A DNA stretch of 64,000 bases, from positions 143,422,690 to 143,486,689 of the forward strand of contig JARDVH010000001.1 in assembly GCA_030324005.1 (NCBI GenBank), written 5' to 3'. A program made the position numbers and the translations under genes. The DNA is from Negaprion brevirostris. Its lineage: Eukaryota. The stretch's first letter is position 1, and the number at the start of each line of letters is the position of its first letter. The notes under the pieces are model-generated. The model saw only the letters and a list, made by a program, of their open reading frames with translations, had not been told where the DNA came from and made no database searches. Below are positions 35,960-48,640 of this stretch, one piece after another.

Positions 35960-37600
35960 TAGAATGGTTCACTTACAGGCCTTTTGGCAAGTCTGTCGTA
36001 TCTGTGTCAGCTTTCAGCAACAGCAAACTAGCTGAACCCCTTCTTTCCCCATAGCCTTAAATGTTCTCTTTGAGGTGCTTTTCCTTTAAGAGACCAAATG
36101 GTATCCCTCACCAACCTCTCAGGTTTTTGCTGTGCAAGTGTTTTTCCTTATGTTATCGTTGATTCTTTAGACAACCAGCTTCACGTCTTCTGGCACTTGA
36201 CTGTCCCATCAACAGGAACAATTACTGTCTGTCTGCTCTGTCCAGGCTTCTCATGTTTTTGAACACTTCTATTATATCTTCTCTCAACTTTCTCTTCTCG
36301 TAAAAGAACAACCCCAACTCGCACAATCTATCCACATAACTCAAGTCCCTCATTTCCAGAGCCATTCTCAAAAAACCCGAAAAACGTGCAGTACCTGGAA
36401 CTGGACAAAATACTCCAGTTGAGGCCAAACCGATNNNNNNNNNNNNNNNNNNNNNNNNNNNATTCCTTACTTTAGAACTCTGTCTCTATTTGAAAAGCCC
36501 AGCATCCTTTAAACATGTTTAACCACATTCTCAACCTCACCTGTCACCTTCAATGATTTGGGCGTACATACGCTGGTTCTCTCTTTTCTGGCATCCTATT
36601 TAGAATTGAATTTTTTATTTTATATTGCCTCTCCTAATTCTTTCTACCAAAAAGCACCACTTCACACTTCTCTGCATTAATTTCATCTGCCACATTATGC
36701 CGATTCCAGACAACTGCTTCTTCAAGTCTATCACTGTCCTCATCAGTTTCCACTAATTGTCATATGTAACTTTTGAAATTGAGCCCTGCACACCCTTAGA
36801 GTCTAAGTCATTAAAATATATCAAGAAAAGCAGTGGCCTTAGTACCAACCCCTGGGGAACCGCACCATATATACGTGCCTCCAGTTTGACAAATAACTAT
36901 TAACCATTAAACCTGTTTCCTGTTACTCAGCCAACTTTGAATCCATGCTGCCATGTCCCTTTTATTCCATGTGTTTCAATTTTTCTGAGAAATCTATCAT
37001 GTGGCACTTCATAAAACATTTAGCCAAAGTCCACATACATTACATCAACCAACCTTCATCAACCATCTGATATCTTAGCAAAACAATTCAATCAAATTAG
37101 TTAAACTCAATTTGCTTTTGACTATTCCGTGCTGGTTTTCTTAAATTAATCCACACTTGTCCAAGTAATTGTTCCTTTTATTCCAAAGATCATTATCATC
37201 CCTCCAAGCTTTCCCACCACCGTAGTTAAACTGATGGGCTTGAGTTTCCAGTCAGAGGTCCAACATTTCCAATTCTCCAGTCCTCTGACACCATCTCTGT
37301 ATCTAAAGAGTATTGGAAGATTAAGGCTAGTGCGTCTGCAATTTCCAACTGTAATTCCCTCTGCATCCTCGATGCATCTGATCCGGTCCAGGTGACTTAC
37401 TAATTGTTACTGCCTTATCCATCTTTCGACAATCCTGTTATCTCCGCTTTCACTGATTTTGGCATCATCTTCCTTGATAGAGACAGTTGCACTCATTTAG
37501 TGCCTCAGCAATACTCCTCTGCCTCCATGCATAGCTTCCCACTTTGGTCCTTAAACCGCCTCATCCCTTCTCTTTACCATCTTTTCACCATTTATATGCT
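35960..37600 (-). mobile_element. Old CR1 LINE remnant (RT domain to 3' end)
   Basis: Minus strand LSYVDRLCELGLFFYEKRKLREDIIEVFKNM; agtaccaacccctggggaacc is GVPQGLVL reversed; tcatctgc is the FADD region. Confidence 0.8.
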
Positions 37601-37769
37601 TACAGAATCAAAGTTTAACATTTAAGAGTTAGAAATTTAACAGCTCATAAAACACAAATATGAATAAAGAAGCTTATTCAAAGAAATTCTGCAGTTTATC
37701 ATCATAGGATCAAACTGTGTTATGACAGTTGCTTTGGTTATATGAAATGCTTCTAGAACATTTGGAAAA

Positions 37770-38215
37770 TGATGATTTGAGCTTCCTTATAAGGTAATGG
37801 TGAGCCGTCTTCATGAACCGCTGCAGTCCATGTTTTGTAGGAATACTCATGGTGCGTTTAAGGAAGGGAAACCCAGGATTTTGATCCAAGTGACAATGAA
37901 GTAACAGCGATATAATTCAAAATCAGGATGGTGTTTGACTTGGAGTGGAACTTGCAGCTGGTGGTGTTTCCATACATCTGTTGCCCTTATCCTTTTAGGT
38001 GGTATAAGGTTACAAGTTTGGAAGGTTCTGATGAAGGAGTATTGACCAGTTGCTGCTATGCATTTGTACACAGCACATGCTGCTGCCACTGTGTGTCAGT
38101 GGTGGAGGCAGTGAATGTTTAAGCTGGTGGATGGGGGGTGCCAATCAAGTAGGCTCCCTTGTCCTACATGTTGTTGAGCTTCTTGAGTATCATTGGAGCT
38201 GCATTCATCCAGGCA
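37770..38215 (-). mobile_element. CR1-group LINE 3' fragment (same family as 2510-3860)
   Basis: ccaggattttgatccaagtgacaatgaag...ggtggtgtttcc...gagcttcttgagt...tggagctgcattcatccaggcaa aligns with 2660-2985. Confidence 0.8.
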
Positions 38216-38396
38216 ATAGGACCAGAACCAATGGTTAAAGAGACAATATCAATTAATAGGCAGTTGCAGACAGGGGTTGGGTATAAACTTTAGATTCAAT
38301 ATCAGTGTTCTCTTTTCTTTGTCATCACGTTGTTTTGAATCTTCTCGCTTCTATAACAGATGCATTCTAATGCAGCACTTTGCACGAGCTGCTGTT

Positions 38397-39003
38397 CATA
38401 TTAGGAACATGGAAACAGAAACTAGAAGCAGGATTAGGCCATTAGGCCCTTTGAGCCTGCTCCGCTATTCGGCACGATTGTGGCTGATCCTCAAATTCAA
38501 TATTTCAATCCTCCCCCATATTCCTTTAGCCCCAAGAGCAATATCTAATATTTTCTTGAAATCAGACAACATTTTTGCCTCAACTAATTTCTGCAGTTGT
38601 GAATTCCGCATATTCATCACCCTGGCTGAAGAAGTTTCTCCTCACCTCAGTTCCAAAAGGTTTACCCTTATCCTCAAACCATGACCCATAGTTCGGGATT
38701 CCCCTACCATCGGGGGATTCTTTCTGAATCCACAATGTCTAACTCTGTTATAACTTTATAAGTTTTAATGAGATTCCCGCTCACTCTTCTAAACTCCAGT
38801 TAATATAATCCTAACCTATACGACAGACCTGCCATCCCAGGAATCAGCCTGGTAGACCTTCACTGCACTCTCTCTATAGCAAGAGCATCCTTCCTCAGAT
38901 AAGGACACCAAAGCTACACACAATATTCCAGGTGTGGCCTCACCAACGCCCTATAGAATTGTAGTAAAATATCCCTATTCCTTTACTCAAATCCTCTTGC
39001 TAT
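38397..39003 (-). mobile_element. CR1 LINE 3' end
   Basis: gaaacagaaactagaagcagga tail...ccatcccaggaatcagcctggt...tattccaggtgtggcctcaccaa is LVRPHLEY reversed. Confidence 0.88.
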
Positions 39004-40199
39004 ATAAGAGGATTGCAATGTTTTATGAATAATATTGTACAAGGCAAAAACAGGTAGTGTTGTTCTACAAAATTGAGGTATATGTTGTTTTGAAGTTACA
39101 AAGCTTGTAACAGCAGTGAGGTAAACACTGTGGGGGATACAGATGTCAATTATGACCTTTCAAACACCAAAACTAGATTCTCAGTTTTTGAAGGAATCCA
39201 TTGTATTTCAACTGAAAAATAATAAGACTGTGACACTGATGTATGAAAGAGAAATTAGGAAAACAAAGTGCAAAAGTGGCATATTAAATGTTAATGGTAT
39301 GGTAAAATAGAAAAGGTGCTGGTAAATGTTGAGAAAATCTATAAATACTCAATTTACAGGTCCTAATGCTGTGTTTCAACTACTTTATTTTATACTAATT
39401 GTTCTGTCAAATGTTTATCTCGCATAACATGGTAAATAAATTCAATATAAATGCATTTCTAAAACATATTTTGAAACATTAGTTCTGAGCATTAAAGAAT
39501 AAAAGCTGCAAAACCGTACAGAATATGGTTGCCATGACAGTTCTGAAGAATCTAGTGCAGGTTCAATTCTCCTGCACTTCCATCAGCTCTGCCCTTGCTG
39601 TGGTCTACTGGCCTAGTGCCATCATGCAGTACCAATGTTAAGATGCTTGTCCTTAGATTAAAACCCTTCCATGACATCATTCAATCATGCCGAAATAATA
39701 GAACCATACATGCACCAGCTATTCTTCAGTGCAGATTTTTGCTTGTACCCTGCTTTTTCTGCAACTTCATTAAAGACCAATCTTTCTGTGACCAGGCTCC
39801 TGGCAACTTAGTCTCACTCAACTCTGAGTCAGAGATTATAGTGTTAGCCGATCTCCAAAACTGAAATACAGCATTTTTAACATATAAAAAAGCTGACACT
39901 TCATAGAATCACCGGAGACTCTGACAGTGAGGACACGTGTCCAGTCTTTCTCTTTGTTGGTTATCCCCCTCTCAAGTTCTGCAGTATCTTTTCCTTTCTG
40001 CATACTTAGTTCCTCTTTACACTTCATATTTCACGTAACATCTGCTGATTCACTCCACTCTTGCCCATGTGACAGTAATCTTCTTCTGCATTCATTTTAA
40101 GTGGTTACCACACTTGGCTACATGCCCCAAGCTTTTGGCAAAGGATGGGGTATTTTGCTGCAGGCTTCATCATCCCTAAATCTGCCTCAGTTAACACAT

Positions 40200-41350
40200 A
40201 ATTTATTAAGTGATCCATTCATTACAATTGTTCAACAGTTCCACGTCTTCATGCTCACACATGCCCCGAATGATGGCAAATCTTCTGACCCATTCCCAGT
40301 CACTGGTGGAGTTAAACAGGGCTATGTGCTGGCACCAATCCTCTTCAGCATGTTTTTCACTGCCATGCTGTGATTAGATATTGCATGGATGGAAGTTGCC
40401 GAACCTGAGACAGCTCCAGGCAAAGAGCAAGGTCTCCAAGGGTGTCCTTTGTGATCTCCTGTTTGCTGATGACTGTGCACTACTGCCAGTTCAGGGCTGG
40501 TCATGCAATGTAATCTGGACTTGTTCTCCAACACATGCCACAGCTTTGGCCTGATAATTAGCACAAAGAAAATTGAAATAATGCACTAGCTTGTTCCAGG
40601 AAAGTCCTATCTTGCGATAAAGATTTCAGTCCATGACCAGATCTATCAGCAGTGGACATGTTCATTTATCTCAGCTGTTTATACTGATGACAAGACACAT
40701 GCAATAATTTCCCAAAGCATCTGTAGCCTTTGGCAGACTTTGATCATCAGTTTGGGAAAGGAGGAGTAACGTCTGCCTACTATACAGCAGTAGTCGTGCT
40801 TACTCACTCTTTGCATGCCAGGCTTGGACTGTGGACCAGCCAAAAAGCTCAACTACTTTGGAAACTTCTGCAGATTAGATGTCAGGTGTTCAACCCAAGC
40901 TGGCATGCCAAGCATCAATGCCATATTGAGACAGTCACAACTGTAGCTGGCCGTTCATGTAGCCAGAATGTCTGACACTTCTATGGAAAGCTCGAGTCTG
41001 GGGTATGCTCTCGTGGTGGCCAAAGGAAGCACTACAAGGCCTTGCTTTGGAGTTTTGATATTGATTTGGGTCCTTGGAGGAACTTATCCAGGATCTCTGC
41101 ATCTGGCATAATCAGACAAAAAAATAATGTGCCTCCTTTGAAAGCAAGTGCATATCGGAGGTGGAGAGAAAACGCAACGAGGGGAAATTCTGAACCAGCA
41201 ACTCATCCAAAGTTCAATCATCTATCGATCCTATATGCAGCAGAACCTCCTGGCAGAGTTCAACATGAGCAGTCACATACATTCCCTCTGGAACATCACC
41301 AAACGTCTCAGATGATGAACAAGGTCATCTTCATAAGGCAAACAACACAA
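40200..41350 (+). mobile_element. Decayed RTE-clade LINE (RT to 3' end)
   Basis: SDPFPVTGGVKQGYVLAPILFSMFFTAML, LLFADDC, FGLIISTKKIEIM, YGKLESGVCSRGGQRKHYK are RTE hallmarks; frameshifted. Confidence 0.85.
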
Positions 41351-41787
41351 AGTAGTAGTTTTAAGTGTTCCAGGAATTTTCTTTTATCTGTAGCAATTAT
41401 TGCGGCTTTGAAAGAGAGCTGGATAACTGGTTGCACGTCCCACTTCTAATCTCTTTTGTTTATTGACATTTGGAAATCTGGCTGGGATAAATCTTTTCAT
41501 TCCTGAGGAGATATGCATTCCAATGAAACAGTGGTATTGTTGTGACAAAATTTCATCCGGAGACCATTTTCACTAATAAGTTAGGGTTAGGAATCTGTGC
41601 AATTTGGATGAAAGAATTGTTTTGTTCTGTATTGCTGGACACACAACTAGAATGAAGTACTTTTAAAAAACTTCAGTTTCAATAGCATAATGATTCTAAT
41701 AAGTTAATTTAAAGAAAATGTATAGAGGTTTAAAGTTTGATGTAGAATAGGAGATTAAAGACTGAATTAAGGAAATCAGGTAATCAA

Positions 41788-41804
41788 CAGAGAGAGAGAG
41801 AGAG
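41788..41804. repeat. Short (AG)n microsatellite
   Basis: Directly visible. Confidence 0.8.
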
Positions 41805-42400
41805 ATTTTGGAAAAGAGACAAAGCTTGAGAGTAACAGCATCAAAGATGCAGAAACTGAACAGAGGAAAGGTAAGGACAGTTTCACCTCCCAGTTTTCCT
41901 CCTCTTTGACCAACCAAACATCATTCTCTTATTTTCAACAATATCATACTGGTCACAGTTTATGTAAGTTAGTCAGGCAACAAACTAAATCCATCAATAA
42001 AGTAGGGCACAACCATAAAAGTCAACTTTCTGCATTTTTTCAGCATCTCTAGATAATAATATTTGATAGCTCCTATAACATTGCAAGCAATAAGCAATAG
42101 AGACCCAGTCCTGATATCAGTGGCCAAAGTGCAACACAGGAACTTGCCTTATGCCTAAATCAATTGAAAACTCAACTCCAAACCACAAAAAACAAGTAGC
42201 CTTAATAGAATTTTTTTAAATTACTTCAATTCAAGAGTATCAATGACCACTGACAAAAAGTACAACTTCTATTCACATTTCATATGAATAATATTCCAGT
42301 TATACAAATTATGAAGTTGTGTCAGGAATTCAGGTTAAATAGTGTGGCCCTAAGGGAGTTTACAAATGATACTGCTACTCTTCCCAAGTACTCATCTTAC

Positions 42401-42614
42401 CTAGTGGGTTCAGGCTTTTTGCTTTCACAGTTGGCTAGCCACAGATAATCCTGTGGATCTTCCTGGCTGGATAACGATGCCAGACGTCGCACGCTGATGG
42501 GCTGATAGGGGGGAGGTAGCGAGCCCATGGAAACTGCTGGCCGTACAGAAGGCTGCACAGAAAGAGGTACCTCAGTACCAGCATTACCAGAGGGATTTGA
42601 TGGTTTAACAGCAT
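42401..42614 (-). CDS. GAB1: GAB1 exon 3 equivalent (214 nt, phase 1 to 2): (D)[70 protein letters not shown](R/S)
   Basis: ttttttgtaccattatag acceptor, TAG|gtaaga donor. Matches human DPVKP...LPPPYQLI...[22 protein letters not shown]. Confidence 0.96.
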
Positions 42615-43544
42615 CTATAATGGTACAAAAAAAAGTGTAATCAATAAATGAAATAAAAAGACCGTAACAACAATGTTCAACTTTTAATGGCACAGACTGA
42701 GAACCGGGCAGGGATTGGATCAATATTTGAAAATTGAAAGAATTGATCAATCTACAATGTATTTGTATGTAAATTCAGATTGTGGCAGCGAGTTCTGAAG
42801 TATTCCAAAATGCTAACAGCTTCACCAAATTGCTACCCATATGAAAAATTAAACTGGATGCACTAGAACTGTTAATTATACAGCACTGTATTTCAGTGCA
42901 ATGGCAAACCGCAGAGCAATACTGCTGTGTTTCACAAAGTTTTAATTGACATTTTCTCTGGAGCTCAAAATGCGTAAAAAATTGCAGAATAAATTTTTGT
43001 TACAGATGTCAAATACTTCCTTACGCGAATTTNNNNNNNNNNAAAAGAGAAATTTTCTAACTTTTTAAAAAAATTCCTACTTCTCTAATCATTTTTAGTA
43101 ACCCAGCAGGATCCTGGAATTGTACTCTCAAACTAGAATGAGATATTGGACACCATTGCGGGGAAGTTCTTTTGGAAGGCAAGATAATATTTTGAATGTT
43201 AACAAAGCTGATGCAATAGTGAAGCTATTCAGTCTCTTAAAAACTTTCCCTGCACTTCCCCCACACAGCCCATCAAAAATACATTTGTTGAACATCTTGA
43301 CAACAAATTTCCATAAGCAGCAAAACCAGCATTGAACCAAAATATATATTTGCGAGATTGGCTTGAACAAACAGAATCTGAATATGTTAACAGATTAGTG
43401 ACTTAGAAATTGTCTCTCGCCTTGGTGCCACATTTAGTTTCTAATGAGATATTTCTAACTCTAGATAACAGATGGAAATTGCATTTTAAGACATCACTAA
43501 AATGAATGTTGGTCATTTTGTAGTACAAAATTTGAGTATTGTTC

Positions 43545-44120
43545 AAAAAGGACATTTTGTCGAAGCTTTTTGTCTCATCAGGATGATTGCAAGAATACCA
43601 CCATCAGGGGAAATTACAACTTTATACTGTATGAGAAGAGGGCGCTGATTGGTTGGCAAGTAAATTTTGATTGGTAGAACCATTACCAGGGAGAATGCAC
43701 CAGTTAATAATGAATGAAAGTTAACTGCCAAGCATTGTTTTCAATTTAAACAAAGCTGTTTGGACTCTGGTCAGGACATTGCCCTTTGGAATGAGCCAGC
43801 AAATGGTTACAATTTATTTGTTTAGCTGAAATGTATGTAAATATTCTCTCCACAAGGAGCAGGGTCCTGCATATTAATATATGCAACTTCCAGTACACTC
43901 AAATGGACCACACAGAGCCCAACTGACAATATTTAACTAGTCGTAAGCATAATTTTTGCACATTGACAATTACTTAGCAAATGTCGTCCAATTGCAGAAT
44001 CACATCGACCTTTGGACACACTGTTCTGCCACATGTTATCATATCAAACAGCATGTCCCTTTCGCTCTTTGCAACGTGCAAAATATAGACCATACCAAGA
44101 CAGCCCATGCTTGCAAAATG
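43545..44120 (-). mobile_element. Penelope-like element remnant (third family) with inverted 5' piece
   Basis: Minus strand RCDSAIGRHLLSNCQCAK...VHLSVLEVAYINMQDP (GIY-YIG C-terminus); degenerate core CTGATGA-gac-AAAA-agct-TC-gac at ~43559-43584; related fragments at ~11165-11197 and ~35395-35475. Confidence 0.7.
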
Positions 44121-44743
44121 CTAGTTAAGCTCAGAGGCATGGGGCTTTGAGCATACTAGGCACTCATCGAACTATCGAATGCCTTTTGGAAGTCTGAAAA
44201 CATAACTTTGTGGGATTAACGATTGTGAATTTAACTTCCTCAAAAAAACTTAAGGAAGTTGGCCATGAAGGTTCTTCCTCATTTAAAACAGTGTTTTAAT
44301 AATGCTTTATCACTCTTCTGAAAACGAAGATCATGTTAGCCTGTTTCTAATCAAGTGCTATCTCCTTGGCATCCATTGCTATTAAAACAATTTGCAGTGC
44401 TTCATAAACTTCACGAGTCTCGCTCAATACTCTGGGAGCATCTAGTCCTGGGATCTCAGTTTTCCCAAAACATCAACTCCTTGAGAACCAAACTCCGAAA
44501 TAAACCTTTGCACAAGTAACTTGACATCATTTTTCCCTTCTTAACACGTTAACCCATTTATGATCAGGTTTGTTGAGTCTGAGCTTGCTGATCTCATGAT
44601 GGAGGTGGGAGAGGGGCAAGGGCGGCAGCGGTGCTGGAAGGGCAGTTGGTAGATTTTATTGCAAGCAAGTGTGTGGGTTGGATGTGGGTCGAGTTAAGAC
44701 CTGGAAAAATATGAGCATATGAGGAAGCCAGCTCCTATTATAC

Positions 44744-45054
44744 AGCACGGTGGCATAATGGTTAGCACTGCTGTCTTACAGCACCAGGGACCCGGGTTCA
44801 TTTCTGGCCTTGGGTGACTGCATGTGTGGAGTTTGCATGTTCTCCCCATGCCCTCCGGGTGTTCCGGTTTCCTCCCACATTCCAAAGATGCATGGATTAG
44901 GTTGATTGGCCATGCTAAATTGCCCCTTAGTGTCAGGGGAACTAGCAGGGTAAATAGGTGGGGTCGAGGGTATATGGCCTGGGTGGGATTGTGGTCAGTG
45001 CAGCTTCAATGGGCAGAATGGCCTCCTGCTACACTAAAGGGATTCTATGATTCT
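44744..45054 (+). mobile_element. HE1-like V-SINE, full length
   Basis: cagcacggtggcataatggttagcactgctg (A box), gggttcatttctgg (B box), V core, tail ggcagaatggcctcctgctacactaaagggattctatgattct. Confidence 0.92.
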
Positions 45055-46863
45055 AAGTGCATTACACGAAGCTGCATATACCTTACCCCTTTAACAGAGA
45101 TGGGGTGTCAATTTGAATGTGTTAATTGCTCAATTCTACTGATATTAACATGGCTTTTGCAAATTATCTGTGGGAGAGTGGAATTCCCAGAACAAAATCG
45201 TGTAAGTCAGGAGAAGGTACAATTACAAATACCACCAAATTTGCCTCATAACTGTTTTCTTGTCTGCGTGTAAGGAAAGGCTTTATTGAAAACACTTCTG
45301 CTGGAAGATTATTTTTGAAGGTGTCTGTAGAGTAAAGTTGATCATGCCCATAAACATGTGTAGTTTGGTGACATTCCTGGATGGCATGAGTTCTATTTTG
45401 GCTTTTCTCTTCTGGAGCGATTCCTTTTCTGGGCTCTTACAGACCTCTCATCACATTCAGGGAGCTGTTACTAAAAGTAGGTCCCTGAATATCTGGAGTC
45501 TATTTTGTGAATTCCTCCTTTTGTGCTCCCAACTACAGAAAATTGCATGTGTTTGGAGTGTCCCTGTAATGTCACCTCAAGCTGGCTGACATCTTGCCAA
45601 ATGGTAACAAAACCCAGGAATACAGAAATGCGGCGTCCCATTTAAAAGTCACTCACATGCATGCTGCGCCCACTTTCAAGCTTCCTATGCCCTACTGGAT
45701 CTTACTCACAGAGTTAAAATCCAGCTTTGCATTTGTCTTACGTACTCAGTATTAACACTTAAAAGTTTGTCGTCTACTGAAATATTAATAAACTTCCTGT
45801 TTCGCTACATTTATTTCATTCTTTTAAAAATTTCTTTTGTTTCCTCATCTTACAGCCAAATCCCAAGATTGCTTTAAATTTGCAGCAATGTTACCCGTGG
45901 TTTGCATGACTGAAACTTCTTGAGCCATTTAAGAATGTTAGATTAAGGTGAGCGCTAGCTTTCATGGCTGGTCTTGCACATTTGAGTCATGAAACAGTCA
46001 TGCATTACATTTACCAACTCTAACTCCAAACCTCCTGAGAATCCAATTTATGTTTAGTTGGTTGAAGTTTCCATTTCCAATTACGTTCCTATTTCTCAAT
46101 GAGTCTATCTCCTCACAAAGCAATCTATCCTCCTCGTGCTGACCTTTAGAAAATCCCAAGCAGCAGCTTGGATCTTTTTCCCATTGGAAACTTCTATCCT
46201 AAAGTGGTTCTTTATGTACCTCATTTCCTCCCATTGGATCAATTTGTTTTATGCTCCAATTGACCCTGACATATATGATGACATTGCCTTTTTTCCTGTC
46301 CGTTCCCCGTACTCAATACCCCAAATGTTAAATTAATTTCTATCCTATGGGTTTACCACATTTCTGATGTTCCCACCATGCTTTGTTCCAAATTGCCATG
46401 AACAGTTCCACACTTACATTTAAACTGCTTCTAATATTCAAATTTAACCATCTGACTTTAATTTTCTTCCTTTTATTATGCTAGTTTTTTCCCTGCTAGA
46501 TTAAAGGTACATGTATATATTGCTGGGTCACTGTAATCAATACTTGTTGACTACCCTCTACCCTACTAACTTTCCCACTTGTAAACTGGTTACTTATCCT
46601 CTCTCACTCTCAAAACCCCCCAACTCCCCTGCACCTCCATTTACTTTATACTTTGAAAATATTCCCAATTATTTATGACTGTTGTTTTGTCACCAGATAG
46701 TCAGCCTTCATTTAACACCTCCAATTATGTTGGTGAAGTCCTTCCTTTCCTAAGTTCTGCAAGGTCAATTTTCCTTTAGGTGCTAAAGAACCTCGAAGGT
46801 GGCCAGGATGGGGGCCTAAGCTCAAACATCGATTTAATTTGCACTGATGGCAAGATCTTACCT

Positions 46864-47148
46864 TAAAGTTTATTTATAAGTGACACAAGTAGGCTTACAC
46901 TAATATTGCAATGAAGTTGCTATGAAAATCCCCTTGTCGCCACACTCCGGCATCAGTTTGGGTACACTGAGGGAGAATTTAGCATTGCCAATGTACCTAA
47001 CAAGATACCTTTCAGACCGTGGGAGAAAACCAAAGCACCCAGAGAAAACTGATGCAACACAGGGAGAACGTGCAGACTCCACACAGAGTGACCCAAGCCG
47101 GGAATCGAACCGAGATCCCCAGCGCTGTGAGGCAGCAGTGCTAGCCAC
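46864..47148 (-). mobile_element. V-SINE with alternative tail
   Basis: Same head and core as the HE1-like copies; tail gggatttt-catagcaacttcattgcaatattagtgtaagcctacttgtgtcacttataaataaacttt. Confidence 0.88.
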
Positions 47149-47149
47149 A

Positions 47150-48640
47150 GGGCTATAATTTCTTGGATTGTCTTCTGCCCTTCTTAAACAGAGAAATAAC
47201 GTTACCTAGTCTACAATCCTCTGGTACCTCACCCCGTGGCTAAAGGGGATACAAAGATTTTGGCCAATGCGTCAGCAAATTCTTCCTGCGCCTCTCAGTA
47301 TTCTGGGATAGACCCTATCTAGCACTTGGGACTTGCCTACCTTATAGTGTTCTCAAAACCTCCAATACCACCTTCCTTTTTATCTCAACATGCTCTAGAA
47401 TGTTAACATCCTCCTTTCCATATTCACTATCCACCAAATCCTTCTCCTTTTGAATATTGATGCCAAGTATACGTTAAGGACCTCACCCACCTCATCTGCT
47501 TCCAAACATAAATTCCCTCCACTGTTGTTGAGTGGACCCATTCTTTCCTTAGCTATTCTCTTCCTCTTTATATATGGATAAAAAGACTTGGGATTCTCCT
47601 TAATCCTGCCTGCCAAGGGCATTTCATGGCCCCTTTTAGCCTTCCAAAGCTCCTTCCTGCTACCTTTGTATTCCTCAAGAGTCTTGTCCATTTTCAATTT
47701 CCTGAAATTTATGTATGCCTCCTTCTTTTTCACTAAGCTCACAATCTTGTCATCCAGGGTTCCCGAATCTTGCCATCTTTATCTTTCATTTTTACAGGGA
47801 CATACTTGTCCTGAATTGTTAACAAGTGACTTTTAAAAGCCTCCCACATATCAGATGTGGATTTACCCTCAAACAGCTGTCCCCAGTCTACATTCCCTAG
47901 CTCCTGCCTAATACTATCGTAGATAGCCTTCCCACAGTTAGTACTTTCATTCTGGGACTACTTTTATCCTTTTCTATAAGTATCTTGAATCTGGCAGAAT
48001 TGGATCACTGTTCAAAAAATGGTCCCCCACTGAGACATCAATCACCTGTCTGGGCTCTTTTCTCAGAACCAGGTCTAAGATAGCCTCTTCCCGAGGTGGA
48101 CTAACTACACAATGCCTCAAAAAGCACTCTTGGAAACACTGAAGAAACTCAGCCCCATCCAAATCCCTGACGCTAAAGGAATCCCAGTCTATATTGGGGA
48201 AGTTAAAATCACCCTGCTGTTTTCACATCTTCCCATAATCTGTTGGCATATCAGTTCCTCCACTTTGCGCTGGCTGTTAGGAGGTCTTGAGTATAACCCC
48301 AACAGTGTGATTGCACTGCTCCTGTTCCTGAGTTCTACCCATATGGCCTCACTGCATGATTCCACTAAGGTATCCTCCCTCTGTATAACTGTGACATTTT
48401 CCCTAATCAGTAAAGTAACACCCCCACCTCTTCTGCCACCCTATCTCGCCTGAAGCACCTAAATCCTGGAATGCTAAACTACCAGTCCTGCCCTTCTTTC
48501 ATCCAAGTCTCCATAATTACCACAACATCTTTCTTTCATGTAGTAATCTAAGCTTTTAAGTTCATCTGCCTAACCAGTCATACTCCTTGCATTAAAGCAA
48601 ACACATGTCAGACCATCTGTCCTGTCCAATTCAGGTTCTT
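47150..48640 (-). mobile_element. Decayed CR1 ORF2 (APE endonuclease to linker)
   Basis: Minus strand DGAEFLQCFQECFLRHCVVSPPREEAILDLVL and IKENPKSFYPYIKRKRIAKERMGPL...LNVYLASIF; frameshifts. Confidence 0.9.

Noticed and set aside
36725-36750. CTGATGA on the minus strand as a hammerhead (similar lone matches near 13410, 33285, 38028 and 55425)
   Set aside because: No paired stem II followed by GAAA; several lie inside CR1 coding remnants, so they are chance 7-mers.
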